DNA of 64,000 nt, from assembly GCA_037439545.1 (NCBI GenBank), contig JBBIVV010000001.1:126845-190844 (forward strand), given 5' to 3'. Below, piece by piece: positions 23,743 through 34,089 of the stretch; positions within the stretch are counted from its first letter, which is position 1, and every line of letters begins with the position of its first letter. The notes beneath the pieces were generated by a model. That model ran no database searches and was not told the origin of the DNA. It saw only the letters and a list, made by a program, of their open reading frames with translations. The position numbers and the translations under genes are program-made. This DNA comes from a bacterium. Its GTDB lineage: Bacteria; JAMCPX01.

Positions 23743-23761
23743 TTAAGAAGACATTATTAGC

Positions 23762-26446
23762 ATGCCGCTCCTCGATATTCCCATTTCCAAGAGACCGTTA
23801 TTATTTATAATTGACGGCAGTACCTACATCTTCCGTGCGTACCACGCACTTCCGCCTTTAACCAATAAAAAAGGTGTACCGACAAATGCCGTGTATGGCT
23901 ATGCGAATATGCTTATAAAGACCATAGAGCAGTATAACCCGGATTATCTTGTCGTCGTATTTGATTCAAAAGGTCCGACATTCAGGGAGAAAATCGATAC
24001 TGAATACAAGGCAAATCGTGGTGCTGCTCCGGACGATCTTTCAGTCCAATTTCCTTACATTTTTGAGATCACAGACGCAATGGCTGTAAGGCATATCTTC
24101 AAAGAGGGCTATGAGGCAGATGATGTCATAGCGACACTTACAGACAGGGCTCAATCATCGGGGTTCGGTGTCGTGATCCTCGGCAGTGATAAAGACCTTA
24201 TGTCCATAGTATCGGATGATGTATTTATGCTTGATACAATGAAGGACCGGTGGATAACACCAAAAGATGTCATAGAAAAATTCGGCGTAACACCTCCTCA
24301 AATAACAGATTTCCTGATGCTTACGGGAGACAGCATCGATAATATAAAAGGTGTGCAGGGCGTCGGTAAAAAAACAGCAATGGACCTGCTTGTGGCGTAT
24401 GGCAGCGTAGACGGCATTTATGAGCACATCGATGATATTGCAAACCAGCGAATAAAGACGGCACTTATCGATGCAAAAGAACATCTCTATGGTATAACAA
24501 AATCTCTGGTCCAATTAAAACATGATGTGCCGGTTGATATGGACCTTGAGTCATTCAAATTGTCTCCATCGGTCTTTGGAAATGCAACAGCCGGACAAAG
24601 GGCAAGGCTCATAAAGCTATTCTCCGAGCTTGAATTTGGCAGGCTTATTGTAAAGCTCGGCAAACCTGATGCATCGAATGCGAAGCATGACTACACGGAG
24701 ATCAAGACCATTCAAGATATTGAAGGGGAACTAAAGCAAACAAAAGAGATTTCTTTTTTCTTTTCAAACAATGGAATGGGCATTTATGCCGGAAGAGCAT
24801 ATTATATAAACGGCACCGCGGCTCTCGATAATATAAAGACCATGCTTTCATCCGGCAGTGAACTCATCGTTCACGATGCAAAGGCTGTTTATAGATTATG
24901 TTTGGAACATAACATCGATACCGTAATCCCAGGATTATTCTCGGTAGAACTTGCGGCATACCTGTGCAATCCTGAGGTAAAGAGCTATTCCGTCGAATCT
25001 CTGTCATTGTCCGAGTTTGGTGAACAAATACCTTCTGTGCCGCTCGTATCCTTGAAACCTTCGGTAAAAAAAGAGAGTGAGGGGACAGGAGGACTTTTCG
25101 AACAACCCGGGAAAGACAAAAAAACTGAAAATAGTATAGTTGACAATAATCAGGATATGGCAATTTATCTGACCAAGGGTGCTGAACAATTAAAAAGGCT
25201 CGCCGATCTTTACGCGGACAGGTTGAAGCAAGATGGATTAGAGCCATTATTTTACAAGATAGAGATGCCGCTCTCTGCAGTTCTTGCAAAAATGGAACAT
25301 GCAGGCATAAGGGTGGATCGTCTTTATCTGCAAGAGCTTTCAGACAGATTTAAAAAACAATTAGACAGCTTGATGGCCGGCATGCAGTCATTCACCCCGC
25401 GTTCTTTTAATGCTGATTCACCGAAACAGATAGCCGGTATCCTGTTTGAGGAGTTGAAACTGCCGACGGCAAGAAAGACCAAGACAGGTTACTCGACTGA
25501 TAATGAGGTGTTACAGGAGCTGAAAGACAAACATCCTTTTGTAAATTATTTGCTTGAATACAGAAATCTCGCAAAACTTAAGAACAGTTTCATAGATGCA
25601 CTGCCGCTCTATGTCAATCCGAATTCGCACAGAATACATACCCATTTTATACAAACAGGCACTGCAACAGGCAGGCTTGCAAGCAGTGAACCCAACCTCC
25701 AGAATATTCCCATCAAGGATGAATACGGCAAGATGATAAGAAAGGCATTTATTGCCGACGCAGGTTATTCCATAGTGAGTGCTGACTACTCGCAGATTGA
25801 ACTCAGGATCATGGCGCACCTTTCGTCCGACGAGGTTTTGATGGATGCATTTATGCATGACCAGGACATCCATACGACGACTGCATCAGGTATTTATCAG
25901 GTGCCGGTTCCAGATATTACACAACAGATGAGGAACAGCGCGAAGGTCGTAAACTTTGGCATTATGTACGGCATGTCTGCTTACGGACTGTCAAAACAGC
26001 TCGGCATATCACCGGACCAGGCACAGATAATCATCGATTCATATTTTAATGAATACAAAGGGGTAAGGGCTTATATCGATGATATACTGAACGGTGTCAG
26101 ACAAACAGGGTATGTCGGCACAATTCTCGGCAGACGCAGGTACATACCAAAGACCCTCGACAATCCCGCATACCAGAGGATTGCCATAAATACACCTGTG
26201 CAGGGTAGTGCCGCCGATCTGATCAAGGTGGCAATGCTCAGGGTCGATGACATGATCAGAAAACAAGGGTTTGACTCGAGGATGATCCTCCAGATACATG
26301 ATGAGCTGTTATTCGAGGTCAGGGATGAACAGATTAAAGCATTTTCATCAGCTTTGAAGGAACAGATGGAAGGGGCGATGAAGCTCCTTGTACCGCTCAG
26401 GGTCTCTATCAGCTATGGAAAGACGTGGGCAGACACGAAAGAGTAG
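23762..26446 (+). CDS. polA: DNA polymerase I
   Basis: 5'-3' exonuclease N-terminus (RAYHA, EADD), TGRLASSEPNLQNIP, DYSQIELR, QIHDEL. Confidence 0.96.
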   Translation: MPLLDIPISKRPLLFIIDGSTYIFRAYHALPPLTNKKGVPTNAVYGYANMLIKTIEQYNPDYLVVVFDSKGPTFREKIDTEYKANRGAAPDDLSVQFPYIFEITDAMAVRHIFKEGYEADDVIATLTDRAQSSGFGVVILGSDKDLMSIVSDDVFMLDTMKDRWITPKDVIEKFGVTPPQITDFLMLTGDSIDNIKGVQGVGKKTAMDLLVAYGSVDGIYEHIDDIANQRIKTALIDAKEHLYGITKSLVQLKHDVPVDMDLESFKLSPSVFGNATAGQRARLIKLFSELEFGRLIVKLGKPDASNAKHDYTEIKTIQDIEGELKQTKEISFFFSNNGMGIYAGRAYYINGTAALDNIKTMLSSGSELIVHDAKAVYRLCLEHNIDTVIPGLFSVELAAYLCNPEVKSYSVESLSLSEFGEQIPSVPLVSLKPSVKKESEGTGGLFEQPGKDKKTENSIVDNNQDMAIYLTKGAEQLKRLADLYADRLKQDGLEPLFYKIEMPLSAVLAKMEHAGIRVDRLYLQELSDRFKKQLDSLMAGMQSFTPRSFNADSPKQIAGILFEELKLPTARKTKTGYSTDNEVLQELKDKHPFVNYLLEYRNLAKLKNSFIDALPLYVNPNSHRIHTHFIQTGTATGRLASSEPNLQNIPIKDEYGKMIRKAFIADAGYSIVSADYSQIELRIMAHLSSDEVLMDAFMHDQDIHTTTASGIYQVPVPDITQQMRNSAKVVNFGIMYGMSAYGLSKQLGISPDQAQIIIDSYFNEYKGVRAYIDDILNGVRQTGYVGTILGRRRYIPKTLDNPAYQRIAINTPVQGSAADLIKVAMLRVDDMIRKQGFDSRMILQIHDELLFEVRDEQIKAFSSALKEQMEGAMKLLVPLRVSISYGKTWADTKE

Positions 26447-26526
26447 CAAAGGAGTACACACAGCATCACGCATTGTGTGCCATGTATGGACTTATTCGTT
26501 TCAATGATTACTGTATTATAAATAAT

Positions 26527-27267
26527 ATGGGAAAATATTGGATTATATTCAGCAGTATAGCGGTAATGTTGTTTCTATCGACTATCACGGCAAGGGCCTA
26601 TGATTTTCCGCACTATACAGGTTATGTAAATGATTTTGCCGGTGTAATGGATCAAGGAACCGCTGCTTCTTTGAATAGTGCAATAAGCTCGTTTAACAGG
26701 CAAACCGGTATCCAGATAGCTGTAGTAACGGTAAAAGATATAGGCGACATGGATATTGATGACTATGCGAACAGGCTTTTTCAACAGTGGGGAGTCGGTG
26801 TCAAAGGGCTCGATAACGGCGTTATGCTTATAGCTGCGATGAAGGAAAAAAGAGTTAGGATAGAGGTGGGATACGGGCTTGAGCCGGGATTTACCGATGA
26901 ACAGGCCGGATCTATAATCAGGAATTATATAGTTCCTTCATTCAAAGCGGGACAATTCTCCCAGGGTTTGGCTGCAGGTACCCTGCAAATAATAAAGACA
27001 CTGTCCGATTCTATAAATCAAGGCGACCTGTCTGCGCATGCGTCTGCTGCTGCATCAAGGACCAACAAAGGTGCAGGTACGATGAATATGATACTTGGAA
27101 TTTTACTGTTTGTCGTTTTCATATACTTTGCAATAAGACATCCATTCCTTACGCTTATGTTCCTTGGCGGCGGCTTTGGCGGCGGAGGTGGCGGAGGTTT
27201 CGGCGGCGGCTTCGGCGGATTCGGAGGCGGGAGCAGCGGAGGCGGCGGAGCGTCCGGAGGATGGTAA
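26527..27267 (+). CDS. TPM-domain (YgcG-like) membrane protein with Gly-rich tail
   Basis: YVNDFAGV, WGVG..DNGV, RIEVGYGLE, GGGFGG tail. Confidence 0.9.
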   Translation: MGKYWIIFSSIAVMLFLSTITARAYDFPHYTGYVNDFAGVMDQGTAASLNSAISSFNRQTGIQIAVVTVKDIGDMDIDDYANRLFQQWGVGVKGLDNGVMLIAAMKEKRVRIEVGYGLEPGFTDEQAGSIIRNYIVPSFKAGQFSQGLAAGTLQIIKTLSDSINQGDLSAHASAAASRTNKGAGTMNMILGILLFVVFIYFAIRHPFLTLMFLGGGFGGGGGGGFGGGFGGFGGGSSGGGGASGGW

Positions 27268-27288
27268 AGACAGTGAAGGAGATACGCT

Positions 27289-27999
27289 ATGCATGAAGAA
27301 ACGTTACAAAGGATTTTAGATACATTAAAGTCGGCACTCGGATCCAGGCTTCTGAGTTTCACGATGTACGGGTCATCACACACGGGAGAATTCCATGATG
27401 GATATTCCAATATAAATACAATGGCGGTCGTTTCCGGTATTACCGTGAATGATATTTCTGTAATAGGTAAAGAACTAAAATGGTTTCTCTACAAAGGAAA
27501 TCCGCCGCCTCTCTTTTTTACACAGGATGAACTTACTTCTTTTAAAGATGTTTTTCCTATCGAGATCCTCGATATTATAAAATACCATACCGTCGTGTAT
27601 GGCACGGATCCGGTGAAGGATATGATTGTCGATCCAAAACATCTTCAGTTCCAATGTGAATCGGAATTAAAATCAAAACTCATAAAAATGAGACAATCGT
27701 TGTTTACCGACAGTTCTCATAAGTCAACGGTTCAACTGATGACAAGTTCTTTATCAAGCTTTGTTGCTATTTTTAAAGGAGTATTGAAGCTGGAAGGGAA
27801 AGATGTGCCTGTGCAGAAAAAAGATGTTATACTCCAGACCGCACAATTGACCGGTTTTGATTCTTCGGCGTTTCTGAAGATTCTCGCCGTAAGAGAGAAA
27901 AAAGATAAGTTTTCAAAAGAGGCTCTCTTCAGGACAATGGAAATGTACATCGAGGGCATCGTACGTGTAATAAATTTCGTAACGCGGCAAAAAATATAA
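27289..27999 (+). CDS. Nucleotidyltransferase-fold protein with degenerate catalytic motif
   Basis: YGS-x10-SNIN where GS...DxD is expected; DVFPIE motif; between TPM gene and lemA. Confidence 0.6.
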   Translation: MHEETLQRILDTLKSALGSRLLSFTMYGSSHTGEFHDGYSNINTMAVVSGITVNDISVIGKELKWFLYKGNPPPLFFTQDELTSFKDVFPIEILDIIKYHTVVYGTDPVKDMIVDPKHLQFQCESELKSKLIKMRQSLFTDSSHKSTVQLMTSSLSSFVAIFKGVLKLEGKDVPVQKKDVILQTAQLTGFDSSAFLKILAVREKKDKFSKEALFRTMEMYIEGIVRVINFVTRQKI

Positions 28000-28013
28000 A
28001 GGAGCAAGGTTGT

Positions 28014-28592
28014 ATGAGTAAAAAATGGATGGCAGTGCTTATAGCATTCGGGATATTTGTTGTATTTATTTTAATGATAGCCGGCAGTATTGCAAGCAGC
28101 TATAACAGACTTGTAACATTAAATGAGAATATAAATAATTCATGGGCGCAGGTGCAAAATGTCATGCAGAGGCGTGCCGATCTTATTCCGAACCTTGTAA
28201 GCACGGTGAAAGGTTATGCAAAGCATGAAAAAGCGATCTTTGATCATATTGCGGACGCACGGGCAAAACTTGCGGGAGCCACGACACCGAAAGGTAAATT
28301 TGCTGCAAATGACGAGCTTGACGGTGCATTGAGCAGGCTGCTTATGGTTGTGGAAAATTATCCAAATCTTAAAGCGGATAAATCATTCAATCGCCTGATG
28401 GATGAACTGGCAGGTACTGAAAACAGGATAGCGGTTGAACGACGCAGGTACAATGATGCCGTTATGGCGTATAATGTTGCGGTAAAGAGCTTCCCGACTA
28501 ATATTATGGCAGGGTTCCTCGGCTATACGCCCAAAGAAGTCTATTTTAAAGCGACAGAAAATGCCCAGAAAGTTCCGCAGGTGAAGTTTTAG
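28014..28592 (+). CDS. lemA: LemA family protein
   Basis: QRRADLIPNLV, VENYPNLKA, ENRIAVERRRYN. Confidence 0.93.
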   Translation: MSKKWMAVLIAFGIFVVFILMIAGSIASSYNRLVTLNENINNSWAQVQNVMQRRADLIPNLVSTVKGYAKHEKAIFDHIADARAKLAGATTPKGKFAANDELDGALSRLLMVVENYPNLKADKSFNRLMDELAGTENRIAVERRRYNDAVMAYNVAVKSFPTNIMAGFLGYTPKEVYFKATENAQKVPQVKF

Positions 28593-28754
28593 TGTGCAGT
28601 ACACCATGGGGTTCTATTGTGTGCCAGAGCATTCCGGGCGTAACGAAGAATCTTGAATAGAGATTCTTTTAGCGTTTTGTAGAGAGCATGTCCGGTTACC
28701 CGCATGAAGCATCTTCTTGCTCTTTGTGCGAAAGAACTGTAAAATACAATCTCT

Positions 28755-29444
28755 ATGGGAAAATATTACGATAAGCGGAGATATGCAGGAATCACCTTTT
28801 GTTTGTTTGTTTTTTTGACCGCGTTGTTTTATTGTCCAAAAATTGCCATGACAGAGGAAAACTATCTTGGACAGGGCATAACGTATTATGAATACGGCGA
28901 TTATGATAACTCCATTAAATCGCTGAAACAGATAAACGAATTTACGGAAGCGAAAAAAAACAAAACTCTCATGCATCTCTATCTCGCTCTTGATTATTAT
29001 GCAAAAGGTATGAGCGATTCTATGAACATCGAGTTAAAAGCCCTTTACCGGTCTGATCCTGATTTTACACCGAATCCCGTCATTGTACCGCCATCCGTTA
29101 TATCGGCTTATAATGAAGTAAAACAGCACACCACGATCACCATTCCTGCGACGGTCAAAGAAAATGAGCGGAATTACTGGCTCAGGGCCGTGCCATTCGG
29201 TGCAGGGCAATTTGCAAAAGGTGAAAACAAGAAAGGTACTGTTTTATTGATTGCCGAAGCTGCTGCGCTTGCTGCAAATGTATCAACTTATTATATAAGA
29301 CAGTCAAAAAAAAATCCGGATGGAAGTTACAACAATGTTTCCTGGGCAAAGAACATGCAGGATGTGCAACTCACGGCATTCTGGCTTTTTGTAGGGACTG
29401 CGTCTTATGGTATTATAGATGCTTTTGCCGGGAGGCTGCCCTGA
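28755..29444 (+). CDS. Exported TPR-like protein with C-terminal membrane segment
   Basis: Signal-like N-terminus, TPR-like helices (GITYYEYGDY, LYLALDYY), PFGAGQF motif. Confidence 0.55.
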   Translation: MGKYYDKRRYAGITFCLFVFLTALFYCPKIAMTEENYLGQGITYYEYGDYDNSIKSLKQINEFTEAKKNKTLMHLYLALDYYAKGMSDSMNIELKALYRSDPDFTPNPVIVPPSVISAYNEVKQHTTITIPATVKENERNYWLRAVPFGAGQFAKGENKKGTVLLIAEAAALAANVSTYYIRQSKKNPDGSYNNVSWAKNMQDVQLTAFWLFVGTASYGIIDAFAGRLP

Positions 29445-31180
29445 TGGCAAGACTTATATTTAAAAATAAATATGATGTTTATGAAATTTCAAAAAAGATA
29501 ACGACCATCAGCGTATCTTCCGAGGCTGACATCCGGCTCCCGGAAAATTATGATTCCCTATGCTATATAGAAAAGAAGGGCGACGGGTTTTATATAGAAA
29601 CTATCAAGGGCAAGGGCATTATCGTAAACGATAAGCAGGTCAAGCATAAAAAACTTGAATTTGGTGATCTTATAAATACGGGCAATGATCTCGGTGTATT
29701 TATAGATACGGGGCCGCTCGATACAAAACTGTCGGAACCGGCAGGCCGGGTCAGCGGCGGGATAAAATCACCTTCAGCTTCAAATAATAAAGGTTACCTG
29801 GCAGAACCGGAATCTCTCTCTCACGGGGTGAAAAAAGAGACCGTTGATTTCCTTATAGAAAGTCATGGACTAAAAGACGTATCCAGGGCAATCCTCGATA
29901 AGTTGATATCGGAAACACATGCAGAAAAAGGGCTCGTGCTCTTAATTGAAGACGGTGAACCGACTATACTTGTCGGAGCGGAAAAAGATGGAATGGATCT
30001 TTTGAGCGGGTTCAGTGAAACGATTATCAAAACAGTCCTTCTTGATAAAGAGCCGCTTTTATCGAATAATGTGCTGTCGGACAGAAGGTTTTCGCCGTCA
30101 AAAAGCATTACAGCTTTAAAAATAATGGCTACCATAGTTGTTCCTATACTCAGCAGCAACTCAACGTACGGATTTATTTACCTCTGGAATTCCGACATCG
30201 AACATACTTTTTCTGAGACAACCCTTATACCATGCAGGTTTTATGCATGGGTCCTTGCGACACTCATAGAAAACGAAAGGTTAAAACATGGTATAAAAAC
30301 AACCTTTAAGCGGATTGAAACAGCCCAGCAGTCCATAGCCTGGCACGGGCTTGAATCTGATGATCCTTCTATGATTGCACTGTTCGGGCAGTGCGAGAAA
30401 CTGAGTAAAATAGACAGCACTATCGTTTTTTATGGAGAACAGGGAACGGGGAAAAAATCACTGGCAAAGATCATTCATCAGCTTTCACGCCCTGATGGAT
30501 ATATGCATGTACTCAAGGTAAAAGATAAGAGTATGGAAGTTTTGACGGATGAACTCTCCATCTTGGCACGCACCGATTCGTCAGAGGGAGTGCAGGGTAA
30601 AAAAGGAACCATGGTAATCGACGGGCTCGAATATATACCGGAAAATCTGTATCCCGTCTTAAGCGGCATCATCGATACGTCACGGCATGCACGATGGATA
30701 TTTCTTATGGAAAACAATCCGGACACAATTGAGCATAAGCTTGACGGCAGACTCAGGGCACGGCTCGGTGAGATTATCCTGTATGTACCGCCGCTCAGGG
30801 ACAGAGGGTCCGACACTGAATTGCTGACCGCGAAGTTCTTGGATGAATTTTCTGCATTATATTCAAAGGATATAAAAGGTTTTACAGAGAAAGCAGAAAT
30901 TCTCCTGAAGAACCATACCTGGAAAGGTAACATTGAGGAGCTTAGAAATGTTATCAGGAATGCGGTCGTAGAGGCAGAGACGGATGTGATAGATGCGGAT
31001 TTACTGAATATGCCTTTGTCCGATGCACACCTTACCTCTCTCGGTCAGGCAAAAGAAGAATTCATGAAGCGTTACATTAAAATGGCTTTGGATGCGGCCG
31101 GGGGCGATAAGATAAAGGCAGCGGCCATGCTCAGGGTCAGCCAGAGGACTATTTATAAATATCTTGAAGAGGGGACATGA
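29444..31180 (+). CDS. FHA-like / GAF / degenerate sigma54-activator AAA+ / Fis-HTH protein
   Basis: GIIVND..LEFGDLI (FHA end), GAF-like SITALKIMATIVVPI, GEQGTGK, PPLRDR, WKGNIEEL, HTH; no GAFTGA. Confidence 0.7.
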   Translation: MARLIFKNKYDVYEISKKITTISVSSEADIRLPENYDSLCYIEKKGDGFYIETIKGKGIIVNDKQVKHKKLEFGDLINTGNDLGVFIDTGPLDTKLSEPAGRVSGGIKSPSASNNKGYLAEPESLSHGVKKETVDFLIESHGLKDVSRAILDKLISETHAEKGLVLLIEDGEPTILVGAEKDGMDLLSGFSETIIKTVLLDKEPLLSNNVLSDRRFSPSKSITALKIMATIVVPILSSNSTYGFIYLWNSDIEHTFSETTLIPCRFYAWVLATLIENERLKHGIKTTFKRIETAQQSIAWHGLESDDPSMIALFGQCEKLSKIDSTIVFYGEQGTGKKSLAKIIHQLSRPDGYMHVLKVKDKSMEVLTDELSILARTDSSEGVQGKKGTMVIDGLEYIPENLYPVLSGIIDTSRHARWIFLMENNPDTIEHKLDGRLRARLGEIILYVPPLRDRGSDTELLTAKFLDEFSALYSKDIKGFTEKAEILLKNHTWKGNIEELRNVIRNAVVEAETDVIDADLLNMPLSDAHLTSLGQAKEEFMKRYIKMALDAAGGDKIKAAAMLRVSQRTIYKYLEEGT

Positions 31181-31587
31181 GAACGGTTACCCCAAAAATG
31201 GTTTTACCGGCATTACTTCTGGTCTTCAGCTCTATCACGCTCCAGAGTTGCGGCGTTCCCGACAACATACATGGGAAGACAGGTAAAACGAATACACCTC
31301 CGTTCATAACAGGGTATTCCCCTGCAGAAAAAAGCATTTCGGCAAAAGACGGAGACCTTTTAAACTTCTGGATAAAGGCGCAGGATTCTGATAATGATCC
31401 GTTAACATATACATGGAATTTAAATGGAGGAGATGTTTCGAAAGTGAGCGGGTCGTTGTTGGACGGGACATACTACAGTTTTAATGTTAATATATCGCAG
31501 GGAACCAGCCAACAGCTCATTGTTTTTATAAACGATCCGTACAATAACATAGTGGAATGGGCATGGCTTATCAATGTAACGAGATGA
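31177..31587 (+). CDS. Putative lipoprotein with Ig-like domain
   Basis: LQSC lipobox; NTPP...AQDSDNDPLTYTW pattern. Confidence 0.6.
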   Translation: MRTVTPKMVLPALLLVFSSITLQSCGVPDNIHGKTGKTNTPPFITGYSPAEKSISAKDGDLLNFWIKAQDSDNDPLTYTWNLNGGDVSKVSGSLLDGTYYSFNVNISQGTSQQLIVFINDPYNNIVEWAWLINVTR

Positions 31588-31604
31588 GGAGAGGATAATT
31601 TATT

Positions 31605-32777
31605 ATGGAGAACACGCCGCATAACGTGGTTATTATAGAGATAAACAAGCAAAAGCTGAAATCATACATAACGGATGCCGATAATGCCCGCGTGCTCCAT
31701 TCCGGCATACTTGAGCCGGCAAGCTTTTTCACGATAGTCGAGAAACTATTGTTGAACAACTTTCACGGCATTATATTATTCGATTTTATCGATGTGCAGA
31801 AGGTCGTGTATGTGAAGGACGGAGAGGTCATCTTTGCGAGGTCGAGTGTAAACGATGAAAGGCTCGGCGAAACATTGTGCAGAATGGGCAAGTTGACAAT
31901 CGACGAGATGAACAGGGCATCAAAGGAGATTACCCCTGCCAGAAAGCTCGGAAAGATACTTGTCGAGAATGGACACATCACACCCAGAGACCTGTGGCTC
32001 GGGGTAAGGCGGCAGATATTTGAGATTTGGGGCAGTTATATCATGCCGTTAAACCATCAGAATAAACCATGGTTCCATGTAATAGAATCCGTTATCGATG
32101 ATTCAAATAAAGTAAAACCCAACAACAATATGTTTGACAGCTTGTTTGAATTCCTTAGAGAAAAGGCAGGGTCAACCGATGTCTCCGCAATGCCTGAAGT
32201 TACTGCCGATGATTTAGTTTGTCTGAATTATCTGACGAATTCTATAACGGCATTTAACCCTCTTGAGAAGGCAATAATAAAACATTTACTGACAGTCAAT
32301 AATCTGTCCATTTCAAAACTTGCAATGGATATAAAGGTGGATCTGAAGACCATAGAAAATGCGTTGAAACCGCTTTTATATTCAGGCATGCTGAATATCA
32401 ACAAACAAGCGGGCAGGTCTGAACAGAAAACAGAAGATGTAAAATTTGAAGAACTCCTGACTCTGACGAATGCAATCATGACAAGCATTACGGAGATAAT
32501 GCAAAAAAAGGCGGCGCATGTCGATTTCAAGGCAAGCGTAAGGGATTATATCAGGTTGTCCGGAGGTATGTTTAAGGATTGTCCGGTAAATGAAAACGGC
32601 TGTTTTGATACTTCCAGGATAACGGCCGTCTATAAAAAATCACAGCTTCTTTCCCCTTATGACGAAGCGGTCATCATCATCAAGGAGCTCATACAATTCG
32701 AACTCTTTGAAATGAAAAACTACCTTTCCAAGGATCAGACGATAGAACTTGAGAACATAATTGCCACGTTAGGATAA
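31605..32777 (+). CDS. DUF4388 (PatA-N)-like protein with MshEN-like repeat
   Basis: FHGII..KVVYVKDGEVIFARS..ERLGETL..RKLGKILVENG. Confidence 0.7.
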   Translation: MENTPHNVVIIEINKQKLKSYITDADNARVLHSGILEPASFFTIVEKLLLNNFHGIILFDFIDVQKVVYVKDGEVIFARSSVNDERLGETLCRMGKLTIDEMNRASKEITPARKLGKILVENGHITPRDLWLGVRRQIFEIWGSYIMPLNHQNKPWFHVIESVIDDSNKVKPNNNMFDSLFEFLREKAGSTDVSAMPEVTADDLVCLNYLTNSITAFNPLEKAIIKHLLTVNNLSISKLAMDIKVDLKTIENALKPLLYSGMLNINKQAGRSEQKTEDVKFEELLTLTNAIMTSITEIMQKKAAHVDFKASVRDYIRLSGGMFKDCPVNENGCFDTSRITAVYKKSQLLSPYDEAVIIIKELIQFELFEMKNYLSKDQTIELENIIATLG

Positions 32778-32778
32778 A

Positions 32779-34089
32779 ATGGCTACAAAGTTTAATTTAG
32801 AAAACTTCATAAAAATCACAAACAATATAAACTTCGATACGTTTTTGAAGCAGAAATCTGATTTTGCGCTTGAAAGCGATACGAATATAGATATAACGAG
32901 TTTCGGAGACGCATTTATCATTATAAGAAAGACATCCGGTAACACGGAAGAGCCTATAAAACCAGTCTTTATGGGCAATCTGAGTCACCTGCATGTTGCG
33001 GATGTTTTTTCGATGATAAATATGCTTCAAAAGACAGGCATGCTTGTAATCAAATCGGATAAAAAAGTTAAAAGTGTTTATTTCATGAAAGGTGAAATCG
33101 TATTTGCTTCATCAAATCAGCCTGAAGACAGGTTAGGTTACCTGCTGTATAAAATGGGTAAGCTCACGAAAGAGCAATGGGAAAATGCTGAAAAACACAT
33201 GACGCCCGATACACGGTTTGGAACAGTACTGTTAAAGAAAGAACTGATATCTCCCAAGAATTTATGGTGGGGCGTAAAATATCAGATAGAAGAGATCATT
33301 TACAGTATCTTTGCCATTGCTTCGGGAGAATTCTTTTTTATCGAAGGTGCAATACCGGAGGAAGATCTTGTCAGGTTCTCTTTGAACACCCAGAATATGC
33401 TCATGGAAGGCTACAGGAGACTTGACGAATGGAAGTTGATCAAAGACAAGATACCTTCCGACGATGCACTGGTAAGGCTTTCAATCAATCTCCCGAGCGT
33501 GGAATTGACACAGAATATGCAGACGGTCGTAAAGACAATAAAGGGCGATATGCCTATTGCCGAGATAATAAGGCAAAGCCAGATCGGCAGGTTCAACACA
33601 TTTAAAATACTCTATACTCTTTTAAATACAGGATTTATTGAAATAGTCGGCGCACAGAAAATGGAAAAGGCTGCCGATGAGGTGACGATAAAGACAATGA
33701 GCATGATACAAAAATACAATACGATGTTTAAAAAAATGTTCGGTGTCATAAAGTCTACGAATCCAAAATTCAATCACAATGAACTGCTTGAAAACTTTGT
33801 TTCAGAACTTTCGGAGAGATTGAAGAAGCTGTACGAAAATGTAGAAATAAACATAGAAGGGGAGCTCGACGAATCGAAATTACTTATGAATATCGATGCA
33901 ATGAGGCTTACAGAATCGGATTCTCTGAACAGGGTCGTCGGACTGGCAGGCTTGCTGCTTTCACAACTTATGCTCGAGGGTATGAATGAATTTTTGAACT
34001 ATGAAATATTTATAGCGAAGAATCTTTTACAGGCAGATGTTTTCGAGACAATTAATAAAGAAATAAGGGCTATCCAGAATGAAAACTAA
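32779..34089 (+). CDS. DUF4388 (PatA-N) protein with MshEN-like repeat
   Basis: GNLSHLHVADVFSMI..KTGML..VYFMKGEIVFASS..DRLGYLL..GEFFF..LMEGYRRLDEW. Confidence 0.78.
   Translation: MATKFNLENFIKITNNINFDTFLKQKSDFALESDTNIDITSFGDAFIIIRKTSGNTEEPIKPVFMGNLSHLHVADVFSMINMLQKTGMLVIKSDKKVKSVYFMKGEIVFASSNQPEDRLGYLLYKMGKLTKEQWENAEKHMTPDTRFGTVLLKKELISPKNLWWGVKYQIEEIIYSIFAIASGEFFFIEGAIPEEDLVRFSLNTQNMLMEGYRRLDEWKLIKDKIPSDDALVRLSINLPSVELTQNMQTVVKTIKGDMPIAEIIRQSQIGRFNTFKILYTLLNTGFIEIVGAQKMEKAADEVTIKTMSMIQKYNTMFKKMFGVIKSTNPKFNHNELLENFVSELSERLKKLYENVEINIEGELDESKLLMNIDAMRLTESDSLNRVVGLAGLLLSQLMLEGMNEFLNYEIFIAKNLLQADVFETINKEIRAIQNEN

Noticed and set aside
27165..27264. GGC/GGA-rich low-complexity repeat
   Set aside because: Encodes the normal Gly-rich tail of TPM-domain proteins
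28600..28700. Hairpin AAGAATCT...AGATTCTT after lemA
   Set aside because: Single degenerate copy; probably a repeat remnant or terminator and too weak to call
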